Shown here piece by piece: positions 43,639 through 52,105 of a stretch of DNA of 54,525 bases. The stretch comes from a virus. How positions within the stretch are numbered: position 1 is the first letter of the stretch; every line of letters begins with the position of its first letter. Where the stretch lies: IMG/VR virus record IMGVR_UViG_3300045988_098849. The stretch is one strand, 5' to 3'. Below the pieces are notes generated by a model. It had not been told where the DNA came from. It worked only from the letters and a program-made list of their open reading frames with translations, and searched no databases. Made by a program: the position numbers and the translations under genes.

Positions 43639-44637
43639 TTACACCTCCTGTACAATTTCTCCATCAATGATGTTTTCCTCGTCAAAATCAACGGCATTTG
43701 CACTTTCCACAACATCATCCTGTGTCTGTCTGTATGTATCATCCAATTCGATTTGTGCCTGTCTTGCCATCTGGTCATAATTCTTTGGATACTTTCTTGT
43801 AGCGTTGTTGCACATTTTCCGCTGAATCATGCTCTCTGGCGTATCCAACCATGCGCCGCTGATAAATTGTCTGGCAATTTCACATTCCAACATATCATCA
43901 ACCGTCTCACACGCTCTCAATGCGTTCAGAATTTCATCCTTCTTTGCCTTGATTTCCTCTTTCTGCTTTGGCGTTGCCTTGTATCTATCCTCGCAAACAC
44001 CGAATGTAGCGTTCATCATATTCTGCTTAACGTGAGCCAAAAGGTTGACCTTTACGCTTGCTCTGTCAGCTGTCAGATATGTTACTGTGCCGTCCGTCAA
44101 TTTTACTGGATATACCACCCGAACCGCTTTATCTGACAATCCGTTTTCTTCCCATTCTGGCGGTGTCAGCTCCAATCCCTTATGTTTGGGTGGGATATAG
44201 GTATCCCCTTCTTTGACTACCCAATATGGATAAACTTGTTCGACATCCTTGCCGTAATGAGAGAGAAGGGAATCATATCCTGCACCCTCGATACCCATTT
44301 CAACAACCTTTACCCACTCGTTCCCACGCTTTACATTTCTAAGTTGGAAATAACATTCTCTCGGATATGCCGCAGGGTTCAATTTCAGCCCTGCACAGTT
44401 TTCAACGATGCCCCTCAAGTTGCTTGTATCGAGAGAGTTCATGCTCGCTTTTCCATCGTTCTTCACGAGGTTGTAAATGCTGCCGACCGCCTCCATAGCA
44501 CATTTTCTGGAATATTCATCAAAAATAACGCCGCAAGCCTCATAGTCTTTTGCAATCAATCCTGTAATTTCGTTGCTCCACCGACTTAATGCCGTTGTAA
44601 ATTTCTTCTTTTCCGCTACCTGTGTATTTTCAGCCAT
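43639..44637 (-). CDS. recT: RecT-like single-strand annealing protein, 332 aa
   Basis: GGAGG SD. The pattern GLKLNPAAYPRECYF...GIEGAGYDSLL...VVKEGDTY resembles the RecT core. Confidence 0.5.
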   Translation of the reverse strand: MAENTQVAEKKKFTTALSRWSNEITGLIAKDYEACGVIFDEYSRKCAMEAVGSIYNLVKNDGKASMNSLDTSNLRGIVENCAGLKLNPAAYPRECYFQLRNVKRGNEWVKVVEMGIEGAGYDSLLSHYGKDVEQVYPYWVVKEGDTYIPPKHKGLELTPPEWEENGLSDKAVRVVYPVKLTDGTVTYLTADRASVKVNLLAHVKQNMMNATFGVCEDRYKATPKQKEEIKAKKDEILNALRACETVDDMLECEIARQFISGAWLDTPESMIQRKMCNNATRKYPKNYDQMARQAQIELDDTYRQTQDDVVESANAVDFDEENIIDGEIVQEV

Positions 44638-45004
44638 TATTTTCTACCTCCTCCTCAACCGGCGTATTCCAACAATCTTTACATTCTTTTTCGTAACAAC
44701 CTTCTATTGTTTCTTTTTTAAGTCCTAAAGATATTGCACAGGTTTTCGGAATACCTTCCTTGCTTAAAGGTGCATTTGGATACTTTTCCAAGAAATCTTG
44801 TAAAAACGTCTTTCTCGGATGCTCTTTAGACCATTTTTCTACGATGTCAACTGCAATCTCTGGATACTTTCTCTGTAAACCGCCACACGCGAAACCAGTT
44901 GGGTTTTTTTCACTGCTAAGCGGACAATCAGAGCAATCAATACTGCACTTTTTCGTCATTCTATTTTTTTCTTTAAAATATTCCAACGCTGTCATTTCTG
45001 CCAT
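44630..45004 (-). CDS. Cys-rich hypothetical protein, 124 aa
   Basis: GAGGAG SD. Several CxxC-like pairs. Confidence 0.5.
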   Translation of the reverse strand: MAEMTALEYFKEKNRMTKKCSIDCSDCPLSSEKNPTGFACGGLQRKYPEIAVDIVEKWSKEHPRKTFLQDFLEKYPNAPLSKEGIPKTCAISLGLKKETIEGCYEKECKDCWNTPVEEEVENNG

Positions 45005-45010
45005 TCTGTA

Positions 45011-45310
45011 TCACTCCTCACATGCTTCATATGTCTGCTCGAAAATGTCTGGTTTACAGGGATAAAGTTCTCCCTTCACGCCGCGAATCACATAGTCCCC
45101 AACACTCACATGATGCGTTCCCTCTAATGTATCAATATATAGTTCGATAGGTGGTTTTTCTCCGTCATCACTATCGTAGTACATGATGCCATTTTCAAAG
45201 GCATTTACAGCCCAATCAGGGACATAATATTTACCATCTGCACCTTTTAAATCTCCATCATATTTAAACGCTTCAATTACCACAGGCTTCTTTCTGTATT
45301 TCATAACCAT
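45011..45310 (-). CDS. Conserved small phage protein, about 99 aa
   Basis: N-terminal KYRKKPVVIEAFKYDG, typical of a common phage family of unknown function. Confidence 0.5.
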   Translation of the reverse strand: MVMKYRKKPVVIEAFKYDGDLKGADGKYYVPDWAVNAFENGIMYYDSDDGEKPPIELYIDTLEGTHHVSVGDYVIRGVKGELYPCKPDIFEQTYEACEE

Positions 45311-45983
45311 CACTCCACTTCCTTAATTTCTCCATCTTCCAACCGATACCATGTGTCCTCTTTATATGTATCCCCATCAATCTGGATTGCTTTGTAATTG
45401 ACGATTTCTCCTTTGCCGTTTCGTTCGACCATAACAATTAAACTGCCGATACCGCCTTTAGCTTTGCCGCCGTTTTCAGAAACCATGATAGAATGTTTCC
45501 GCCTGCCAGTGTAGCGTTGTTTCCGCCTGCCAGTGTAGCGTTGTTTCCGCCTGCCAGTTTAGCCCCGTCTCCGCCTGCAAGTTTAGCCCATTCTCCGCCT
45601 GCCAGTGTAGCGTTGTCTGCGACATTTTCTTTTTCTGAAACATTATCAACTTCTTCTTTAATCTGCCGATAGGTTACGTCAAAACTTGCCTTAATAAATT
45701 CTACTAAAGACAGCCTTGCGCCGATTTTTAGTTTCTTTGTGCAATATTTCTTCTCGTCATTTGTAAGAGTTTCGTCCATTGCTTCTACTTCCGAAAATTC
45801 GCACATTTCGCCGTTATTATCAATTAACGGATAATAGTCAAGTACGTCCATAGGATTTTTGCAGAAGTGCATGCCGTTCACGCAAATATTAGCTTCGCTT
45901 TCTTCAAAAATCGTGTTCTCTGCGTACTGCTTATCTTTGCAAATAAGCCCCTTGCGAAAACCTTTATATCCTTTCATTCCCAT
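45310..45983 (-). pseudogene. Repeat-containing protein split by a one-nucleotide frame change (45438..45983 plus 45310..45432)
   Basis: GGAGG SD at 45983. The conserved C-terminal continuation HSIMVSENGGKAKGGIGSLIVMVERNGKGEIV...DTWYRLEDGEIKEVE is open only in the -1 frame, from about 45493 onward. Confidence 0.6.
45496..45615. repeat. Five tandem 24-nt coding repeats (8-aa unit xATLAGGx)
   Basis: 45496-45519 and 45520-45543 are identical. Three diverged copies follow. Confidence 0.85.
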
Positions 45984-45986
45984 TTT

Positions 45987-47930
45987 TCAAACCTCCACTT
46001 TGCATACATTTAATTTTTCATCATCTGTCCTGCGAATAACAATTAACTGGCGGCTTACATCTGGAATCCTGTTTTCGTCCAATGATTCTGTATCGTCAAT
46101 CCAAATCGGCAGCTTGATTCCGTTCATGTCCTGCAATCCTTTTAACAAGAAAATTTTCGCAAGAATTCTGTCTCCGTGATTCAATCCATTAAAGTAATCA
46201 ACGCCGTTAACATTGATTCTCAAAGTTTCCTTAATATCTCCGCTCAATGTTTCTTCGCTCATTTTAAGTTTGATAAACTCAAATCTACTGTTTACCATAT
46301 TTTCCAGAGCCGAATTTTTGGCAATGCTGAAATCCTGCAACATATCAATCCGGCGTTCAACATCTGCCGCTTTCTGTGCCTGTTCCTTGACGGATTCTTT
46401 CAGAGCGGAAATCCTCTTTTCGGCTTCTTCTCTATCCTTAACAATTCCGTCAATTTCGGACTGTTTCTGTGATAATTCCACCGATAAATTGTTAATTCGG
46501 TCTGTCACTTGCCGCCACAAAGAAGTAGAATCAAAGATTTCCGCTGCCTCCGCTTCGGATTTTTTCAATTCCTTGGAAATTCTCTTGTATTCATCCGTTC
46601 CAGAAAATTTCATATCAGAAAGGATTTTTTCTTTTTCGGAGGAAATTTCATCTACTCGTTTCTTCTTCTCTGAAATAAAAGCCGTAATTTCTTCGATTTT
46701 CTTGGAATGAAGACTGATTTTTTCTTCAACCTCCTCAATCTTGGATTCGGCAGAGGAAATGGCACTTTCCGTAAGCCTGATATTTTCTTCTCTTTCTTTT
46801 TCAAATCTTTCTCTATCTTCCTCTGTCCTTTCTTCCGGCAAAGGTTGTCCACAAACATGACACACGCCGCTTGCGATAAAATCAGCATTTTTCAGCCGCA
46901 GGCGTTCTTTTACCAAGTCCATCAATTCCTTATTTTTAAAGGCAAGATAGATTTTGTTATTCTGCAATTTTGCGTTTCTTTCGGTCAGTTCCGTTGGTTT
47001 TTCTGAAATTTCTTTATCCAAAACAGCCAGTTCTTCATTGATAGCACTGACTCTTTCTCTTTGCGTTTTTGTCTGCTCCTTTTCGATTTCGGACAACTCG
47101 CCTTTGAGTTTTTCAATATGAGAAAGCAGAAAGCTGTACCTGTCGATTGAAACATTCAGTGCCTCTTTCAGGTTCTTCATACTTTCGATGTTTCCGATAA
47201 TAACCGCTTTCTCGGATTCCAATTTCTGCAAATCAGAATCATCCGACCTGTCAAGTCTGCGCTGCTCGTAGTCCAATTCAACATTCAGCCTGTCCAGTTC
47301 TCCGTTTTCGACAGAAAGGCGTTTTTTCAGTTGCTTCAATACGTCCTCCGTTTTCTTTCCTGCGGTCATTTCGTAAATGCTCTGGTATTCTGCATTTTCC
47401 TTGCAAAAACGCTCAATATCGAACCCAGAAAGACCTTCAATGGCTTTTCTGGCATCCGCAGTAGATTTTTTCAAAGCTGAAAAGAATACCGATGCATTAG
47501 AACACATTGCCACTGTTTCTGTCGGTGCGATACTGGCTAAAAAATCGTTTACTTCCGCAGTTTTCGCAGACACGCCATCAAGAATATAAACAGTTTCGTT
47601 TCCGACAAAAACGCCCTTGCGATACTTTCTTTTAGTCACTTTTCTAATTTCGTGTTCAATCCCATTGATTTCAAAAGTAACCGCTCTTTCGATTTCCTTT
47701 ACAGGCTTTTCTTCTCCGTTTTCATCCACAGGACAAATATTAGTCGGTGCAGCACCATTCGCAAATTTACCTGTCATAACATCAAAATAGGCGTTCATCA
47801 GCGTGGATTTTCCGCATCTGTTTTTGCCTCTGATTTCCGTTTTTTCGGAAAAGTCAACCTCCACATTTTCAGCACCCATGTAATTTTTGAGGCTGATTTT
47901 TTTCAATAATACTTCCGTCAATCGTTCCAC
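45987..47930 (-). CDS. SMC/Rad50-like AAA ATPase, 647 aa
   Basis: Walker A GKNRCGKST, a long central coiled coil with a CxxC hook-like motif (CHVCGQ), and C-terminal LPIWIDDTESLD. Confidence 0.75.
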   Translation of the reverse strand: MERLTEVLLKKISLKNYMGAENVEVDFSEKTEIRGKNRCGKSTLMNAYFDVMTGKFANGAAPTNICPVDENGEEKPVKEIERAVTFEINGIEHEIRKVTKRKYRKGVFVGNETVYILDGVSAKTAEVNDFLASIAPTETVAMCSNASVFFSALKKSTADARKAIEGLSGFDIERFCKENAEYQSIYEMTAGKKTEDVLKQLKKRLSVENGELDRLNVELDYEQRRLDRSDDSDLQKLESEKAVIIGNIESMKNLKEALNVSIDRYSFLLSHIEKLKGELSEIEKEQTKTQRERVSAINEELAVLDKEISEKPTELTERNAKLQNNKIYLAFKNKELMDLVKERLRLKNADFIASGVCHVCGQPLPEERTEEDRERFEKEREENIRLTESAISSAESKIEEVEEKISLHSKKIEEITAFISEKKKRVDEISSEKEKILSDMKFSGTDEYKRISKELKKSEAEAAEIFDSTSLWRQVTDRINNLSVELSQKQSEIDGIVKDREEAEKRISALKESVKEQAQKAADVERRIDMLQDFSIAKNSALENMVNSRFEFIKLKMSEETLSGDIKETLRINVNGVDYFNGLNHGDRILAKIFLLKGLQDMNGIKLPIWIDDTESLDENRIPDVSRQLIVIRRTDDEKLNVCKVEV

Positions 47931-48097
47931 ATCCTTTTAATACATTCGCTACAACCTACGATTTTTCCGTCATCCCTTTTATAAAGGTATTCATATTGCG
48001 TTTCTTGGCAGTGCGGACATTCTTCCTGCTCTTTTTCGCAGTATCCGCAACCATCACATTCATTCTTTATCCCTATCCTGCATGGGTAAGCCATCAT
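47918..48097 (-). CDS. Zinc-ribbon-like small protein, about 59 aa
   Basis: Contains CDGCGYC...CPHC...CSEC. Confidence 0.45.
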   Translation of the reverse strand: MMAYPCRIGIKNECDGCGYCEKEQEECPHCQETQYEYLYKRDDGKIVGCSECIKRMWND

Positions 48098-48239
48098 CAA
48101 CTCCCCCTAACATAGACAAAATTTCTCTCGAACTGATGTATGTAGACGCTTTCAGATAGGCAACAGTTGCCTTAACCCTGCCGTTCATTTCCCATAACTC
48201 CTGTAAATCGTTTTCTGGTGTTAAAGTCATTTTTCCCAT
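48060..48239 (-). CDS. Small ORF, 59 aa (shorter than the ORF-track cutoff)
   Basis: Hand translation gives MGKMTLTPENDLQELWEMNGRVKATVAYLKASTYISSREILSMLGG.... GAGGGA lies 7 nt upstream. Confidence 0.4.
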   Translation of the reverse strand: MGKMTLTPENDLQELWEMNGRVKATVAYLKASTYISSREILSMLGGVDDGLPMQDRDKE

Positions 48240-48278
48240 TGATTTTTCCCTCGCTTTCTGGTATCTTGGTTGCGTGTT

Positions 48279-48701
48279 TTATTTTTCGTGTTTTCTGATA
48301 AACGAAACCGCTTTCCTATAAGTTGCCAAAATCGAATCTTCTACTTCGGCATCTGTCACGTCACATTTTCTTGTTTTTTCTAAAGTTTCCGCAATAACCA
48401 ACATCAATGCCGCCAGAATGTCAGCCGTGCCTCCGCTCGTTTTAAAATTACAGTTCTTTTCAGTAACAACAATTTTAATTCTTGCTTTATGGTTATCATC
48501 ATCTTTCCCCCTTCCGTAAAACCGATTTCCAATCATCAGCGAAACCGCAATGCCGAAAACCAGATAAAACAGCATCCTGCCGTCTGGATTTTCCAAAATA
48601 TACACAGTGCCGCACAGTGCAGTCAGCGTTCCGAAAAACATGACCGCCCACCGCAGCAGACCGCGGCGGATGTAAAACGCAGTCCGTTTCCAATTTCTCA
48701 T
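48279..48701 (-). CDS. Membrane protein, 140 aa
   Basis: Two N-terminal transmembrane helices followed by a soluble C-terminal domain. Confidence 0.5.
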   Translation of the reverse strand: MRNWKRTAFYIRRGLLRWAVMFFGTLTALCGTVYILENPDGRMLFYLVFGIAVSLMIGNRFYGRGKDDDNHKARIKIVVTEKNCNFKTSGGTADILAALMLVIAETLEKTRKCDVTDAEVEDSILATYRKAVSFIRKHEK

Positions 48702-48934
48702 AACCTCACCACTTCCCCATCGCTTTCAAAAAACTGGCTATAGCGGAAACTCTCTGTGTATCCTCCTGCAAAAATGGCGGTGAAGATGAACGGATACAAT
48801 CCTGTTACCGTTCCTGTTCTTCTTTTTCGTAGGACGTTCGCTCCGTGCCTGTCCTTGCCAAACTCAATTACCTTAATCTTCTTGCCTACAAACAATTTCT
48901 TTTCCGCTGCTTCTCTGATTTGTTCGATTTTCAT
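48698..48934 (-). CDS. Veg-like small protein, 78 aa
   Basis: AGGGGTG SD before ATG 48934. The pattern ...GKKIKV....GTVTGLYPFIFTAIF...SFRYSQF resembles Veg (DUF1021). Confidence 0.45.
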   Translation of the reverse strand: MKIEQIREAAEKKLFVGKKIKVIEFGKDRHGANVLRKRRTGTVTGLYPFIFTAIFAGGYTESFRYSQFFESDGEVVRL

Positions 48935-49082
48935 GTTGTGCACCCCTACCTTTGCTACACTCTGGGCAATAATAGCCATTTCTGGTATCCTGCGTTGCGG
49001 CAATGTTCCAAACCTTACCGCAGATATTGCAGGCTACCACTCTTTTATTTGTTGGCGTTCTACGCGGCAACCCGATTGACAT
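48873..49082 (-). CDS. Zinc-ribbon small protein, 69 aa
   Basis: Contains CNICGKVW...YYCPEC. The 3' end overlaps the next gene. Confidence 0.4.
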   Translation of the reverse strand: MSIGLPRRTPTNKRVVACNICGKVWNIAATQDTRNGYYCPECSKGRGAQHENRTNQRSSGKEIVCRQED

Positions 49083-49100
49083 TTCCTATCCCTGCCCTTC

Positions 49101-49196
49101 TTACTTCTTCTGATTAAAAATGGCATACAGGAAAATCAAAATCATTTCCGATGCGATTGTCACGAAAACGCCAGCAACAAATGGATTTACATACAT
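49101..49196 (-). CDS. 31-aa hydrophobic peptide (shorter than the ORF-track cutoff)
   Basis: GAGGTG lies 6 nt upstream. Sequence MYVNPFVAGVFVTIASEMILIFLYAIFNQKK. Confidence 0.4.
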   Translation of the reverse strand: MYVNPFVAGVFVTIASEMILIFLYAIFNQKK

Positions 49197-49209
49197 CTTT
49201 ATCACCTCG

Positions 49210-49359
49210 CTAACAGACTGCATATTTCAGAATTGTGCAAATAAGCCATAAAACAGTCCAAAATCCCAAGGCTTTTCTTTCGTTTTCAATGCAACTTAAT
49301 ATACACATTACAAAAAGCAAAAATTGCAATGCAATTAAAATGTTTTTTATTACAATCAT
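49210..49359 (-). CDS. 49-aa two-helix membrane peptide (shorter than the ORF-track cutoff)
   Basis: ATGA overlap with the upstream stop, and a GGAGGGGAAGGA SD. Sequence MIVIKNILIALQFLLFVMCILSCIENERKALGFWTVLWLICTILKYAVC. Confidence 0.4.
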   Translation of the reverse strand: MIVIKNILIALQFLLFVMCILSCIENERKALGFWTVLWLICTILKYAVC

Positions 49360-49820
49360 TCCTTCCCCTCCGTTTCTTCCTTTTTCTGCTCCGCCATGCT
49401 CTCAACTTTCCCAAGGATATAACCCTTGTCAAAATCGGACAGTTTAGGAATCAGGCCATTCAATTTTTGAATGATTCTTTTCTCCGTTTCCTCTCCGCCA
49501 TCTCCTCCGACCAAATAAACCTTCAAATTCATCGAATCAGAAAAAGCTTTCTCTCTTTTTCGTTCTGTAATTTCCATAAGTCTCTTTACGGCATCGACAA
49601 ATGGAATATCAAAATATTCTCTGCCGGAAACGCTTTTATTTCTTTTGCCGGAATAAAGAGAGTGCATCTCCCTTTCAAATTCAAATGCATTTTCTACTGG
49701 CTCGGTACAGTAATACTGGCTTACCTTGTGCGGAATCTGATTTTTCCGCCTCTCTGGATTTACAGAAACTCCAATTTTAATAAAATTTCCGCAATCCATA
49801 ACATAGATTCTTCGTTTCAT
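49356..49820 (-). CDS. T5orf172 / GIY-YIG-like domain protein, 154 aa
   Basis: GGAGGG SD. Contains IYVMDCGNFIKIGVSVNPERRKNQI. Confidence 0.55.
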   Translation of the reverse strand: MKRRIYVMDCGNFIKIGVSVNPERRKNQIPHKVSQYYCTEPVENAFEFEREMHSLYSGKRNKSVSGREYFDIPFVDAVKRLMEITERKREKAFSDSMNLKVYLVGGDGGEETEKRIIQKLNGLIPKLSDFDKGYILGKVESMAEQKKEETEGKE

Positions 49821-49839
49821 TTTATCCCTCCAATTTTAA

Positions 49840-49858
49840 AATCCAATTTAATTGAATT
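49840..49858. promoter_or_regulatory. Operator-like 19-bp site O3 (AATCCAATTTAATTGAATT)
   Basis: Degenerate copy of the two operators in the switch region. It overlaps the cro 3' end. Confidence 0.4.
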
Positions 49859-50051
49859 TGTCAGGCACAAAAATAAAATCCATCGGGATTCCAGAAAGTA
49901 GGCTCATTTCTCTTACCTGCGACAATGTCGGCTCTGTGTTCCCCTTTTCCCAGTTGATAACTGTATTATTGGAAACTCCAAGCTTTTTCGCCCATTCCTT
50001 CTGGCTCATGCCTGCATTTACCCTTACAGCTTCTAAAGAAATTTTAGGCAT
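49848..50051 (-). CDS. cro: Cro-like HTH repressor, 67 aa
   Basis: AAGGAG SD. Contains MSQKEWAKKLGVSNNTVINWEKG. First gene of the leftward early operon. Confidence 0.75.
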   Translation of the reverse strand: MPKISLEAVRVNAGMSQKEWAKKLGVSNNTVINWEKGNTEPTLSQVREMSLLSGIPMDFIFVPDKFN

Positions 50052-50080
50052 ATTCTCAACTCCTTTCCTGTTTTTTATTT

Positions 50081-50109
50081 ATTATAATCCAATATAATTG
50101 GATTGTCAA
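50081..50109 (-). promoter_or_regulatory. Early leftward promoter TTGACA-17-TATAAT
   Basis: On the minus strand: -35 at 50109..50104 and -10 at 50086..50081. The spacer is occupied by operator O1. Confidence 0.7.
50086..50104. promoter_or_regulatory. Operator O1, palindrome AATCCAATATAATTGGATT
   Basis: 19-bp inverted repeat read directly from the sequence. Confidence 0.7.
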
Positions 50110-50113
50110 CAAA

Positions 50114-50132
50114 AATCCAAATAAATTGGATT
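50114..50132. promoter_or_regulatory. Operator O2, palindrome AATCCAAATAAATTGGATT
   Basis: 19-bp inverted repeat lying between the two divergent -35 boxes. Confidence 0.7.
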
Positions 50133-50137
50133 TTCTA

Positions 50138-50166
50138 TTGAATTTTTTGATTTTATGGTTTATAAT
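50138..50166 (+). promoter_or_regulatory. Rightward (repressor) promoter TTGAAT-17-TATAAT
   Basis: TTGAAT at 50138-50143 and TATAAT at 50161-50166. Confidence 0.65.
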
Positions 50167-50191
50167 AACAGAAGAAATGGAGGTGGAAAAA

Positions 50192-50566
50192 ATGACCGAT
50201 GAAGAACAAAAAATAGTATTTTCAAAAAATTTGAGAAAGTATATCGCACTGAATCAAAAGCAGCAAACAGAGGTATCGAAAGACATTGGAGTAAACCTAA
50301 CCACTCTGAATATGTGGTGTCGCGGAAAATCAATGCCGGGACCTGGTAAGTTAGGAACACTTGCAAGATATTTCGGGATTGGTGTTTCTGAATTGATAAA
50401 CGAAAGCAAGGCAGACGGTACGGATGAAGAATATCAGAACGCCGTAAAAATCATTTCGGAAAATGACGAAAGTTTTAAAAAAATCATAATAGAATATATG
50501 AATCAACCGGCAAAAAACAGGAAACTTATATGTGATTTTTTCGAGACATTTGTATTTAAGGAATAA
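50192..50566 (+). CDS. CI-like HTH repressor without a peptidase domain, 124 aa
   Basis: GGAGGTGG SD. Contains LNQKQQTEVSKDIGVNLTTLNMWCRG. Divergent from cro. Confidence 0.7.
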   Translation: MTDEEQKIVFSKNLRKYIALNQKQQTEVSKDIGVNLTTLNMWCRGKSMPGPGKLGTLARYFGIGVSELINESKADGTDEEYQNAVKIISENDESFKKIIIEYMNQPAKNRKLICDFFETFVFKE

Positions 50567-50570
50567 AAAA

Positions 50571-50594
50571 AAGAGGGGAATTATCTCCCCTCTT
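50571..50594 (-). terminator. Intrinsic terminator (minus-strand orientation)
   Basis: 9-bp stem AAGAGGGGA/TCCCCTCTT. The T-run is present only on the minus strand (A-run 50565-50572). Confidence 0.6.
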
Positions 50595-50727
50595 GCTCCT
50601 GATAAACAGATTTTATAAAATAGAAAATCCTCTGCAAAGAATCAACATCTTTAATTTTTCTTGAAAAATTTGTAATATCGTGAATATAAACTTCTACCAA
50701 ATCATATTTTCCGTCTTTTCTTAACAT
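50581..50727 (-). CDS. Small ORF, 48 aa (shorter than the ORF-track cutoff)
   Basis: GAAAGGG lies 10 nt upstream. Sequence MLRKDGKYDLVEVYIHDITNFSRKIKDVDSLQRIFYFIKSVYQEQEGR. It ends inside the terminator hairpin. Confidence 0.35.
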   Translation of the reverse strand: MLRKDGKYDLVEVYIHDITNFSRKIKDVDSLQRIFYFIKSVYQEQEGR

Positions 50728-50964
50728 AATTTATACGCCCTTTCTGCTTTTTCGACATTTTCCTCTATGGACTTTTTATTTTCAAGGTTTACAATAGATA
50801 TTAGGCGGCGAGAACGCCAATCCAAACGCCGCCCAATAACCAGAACTGCGGCGTACCTGTTTTTAGGTACAAGCTAATTATAACAGAGGGGAGAAGGATT
50901 CCATTGCAGTTGACTACCAAATATTCAGCAAAACTTTCCATTCAACTACAAAATAGAAAGGTGT

Positions 50965-51279
50965 GTGAACTATGGGGTAAACCCGGGGCAATGTATATCG
51001 AATCTCAAATCCGAGTTATGCCGCGCAATGCTTCTAAAGGGGTGGAGTATTGCACAGCTTTCCATCCAGTGTGATTTATCATACAAGGCTATGTATAACA
51101 TCATCAATGAGGAAACGGAAGATATGCGGCTGTCCACATTCGTTAGAATCTGCGACAATGTCGGTATATCTCTGGTAAAGGTTCTTGAGATTTCCAATTC
51201 AGAAATCGTTTCTGACGAAATTTCTAAGGCAATCGTAACCTGTGGCGGCAATCAATATCTATTGAAACAAATACTTTGA
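50965..51279 (+). CDS. XRE-type HTH protein, about 104 aa (start uncertain)
   Basis: Contains GWSIAQLSIQCDLSYKAMYNIINEE...LSTFVRICDNVG. Only a GTG start with a poor SD is available. Confidence 0.5.
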   Translation: MNYGVNPGQCISNLKSELCRAMLLKGWSIAQLSIQCDLSYKAMYNIINEETEDMRLSTFVRICDNVGISLVKVLEISNSEIVSDEISKAIVTCGGNQYLLKQIL

Positions 51280-51284
51280 CTGAG

Positions 51285-51305
51285 GGGGCTTTTCAAACAA
51301 GCCCC
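51285..51305. terminator. Bidirectional terminator
   Basis: Stem GGGGCTT/AAGCCCC followed by a T-rich run. It lies between convergent genes. Confidence 0.65.
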
Positions 51306-51314
51306 TTCTTCTTT

Positions 51315-51989
51315 TTACCTGTAAGTCATCCGCTCGATACGGTCAAGAATTTTGTCCGCATCCTGCTCTAACTCGGGGAAGTGCTTTACAATGTCAATCG
51401 GGTATTCTGGATACTTCCCGACCTCATTCTTATAAATCTCTCTTGCTGCATCCAAATCGTACCTTTCGGAAAGTCGGGTCAAGATGCAATGATACAGATA
51501 GCTGTAGCTGTTGCCGCTGTATCTGCACAAGCGGTAAATCCTGCCCTTGTTCCGCTCGTACCAGTCAGATACAATCGGCACTCTGGGCGTGAAATCCTCT
51601 GCGAGCGGTTCTTTGTAATATGGCTCTTTCTGCACCTCTCTGACCTTGAAATATACGTCTACAAGCATATCCTGCACTTTCCAAGATAAATCGTCTGTAA
51701 ATGCCTTTACAAGCAGGAGATACCCTCTTTCGGTTATCAGCGTAATGCCCTTGTTAGGAATGGAAATATTTCTATTGTCCGTTAAACGGACATTAGGATT
51801 TTCCTTAGGCTTTAAACTGATATAGTGTTTGTTTTCTTCAAATCTTTTTTTGTTTCTATAAAACGCCTTTCTTGCTGTTCCTGCTGGTCTCTGATGCACC
51901 GTGTCAATGTCCTTGAATGTTACAACTCTTTCGCCGTCATACTCTCTAATCTGCATTTCGGTGTTTTCGATTGTGATAACGTCATTCAA
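51315..51989 (-). CDS. ORF6N-domain antirepressor-like protein, 224 aa
   Basis: TTG start with AGGAGG 9 nt upstream. Contains IREYDGERVVTFKDIDTVHQRPAGTARKAFYRNKKRFEENKHY. Confidence 0.6.
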   Translation of the reverse strand: MNDVITIENTEMQIREYDGERVVTFKDIDTVHQRPAGTARKAFYRNKKRFEENKHYISLKPKENPNVRLTDNRNISIPNKGITLITERGYLLLVKAFTDDLSWKVQDMLVDVYFKVREVQKEPYYKEPLAEDFTPRVPIVSDWYERNKGRIYRLCRYSGNSYSYLYHCILTRLSERYDLDAAREIYKNEVGKYPEYPIDIVKHFPELEQDADKILDRIERMTYR

Positions 51990-52105
51990 TTTCGATAACC
52001 TCCTTCAATCTTAACTTGAAAGAGATTTCCCTTTATGTTAAAATATTCCATAGAGAGAAATCTCGAGTGGATTAACGGTTACAAACTTTGGTCGGGGCGT
52101 AACCG

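Noticed and set aside
45496-45615. Regularly spaced 24-nt repeats that might suggest a CRISPR-like array.
   Set aside because: The units are directly tandem with no spacers. They lie inside a CDS and encode an octapeptide repeat. No cas genes are present.
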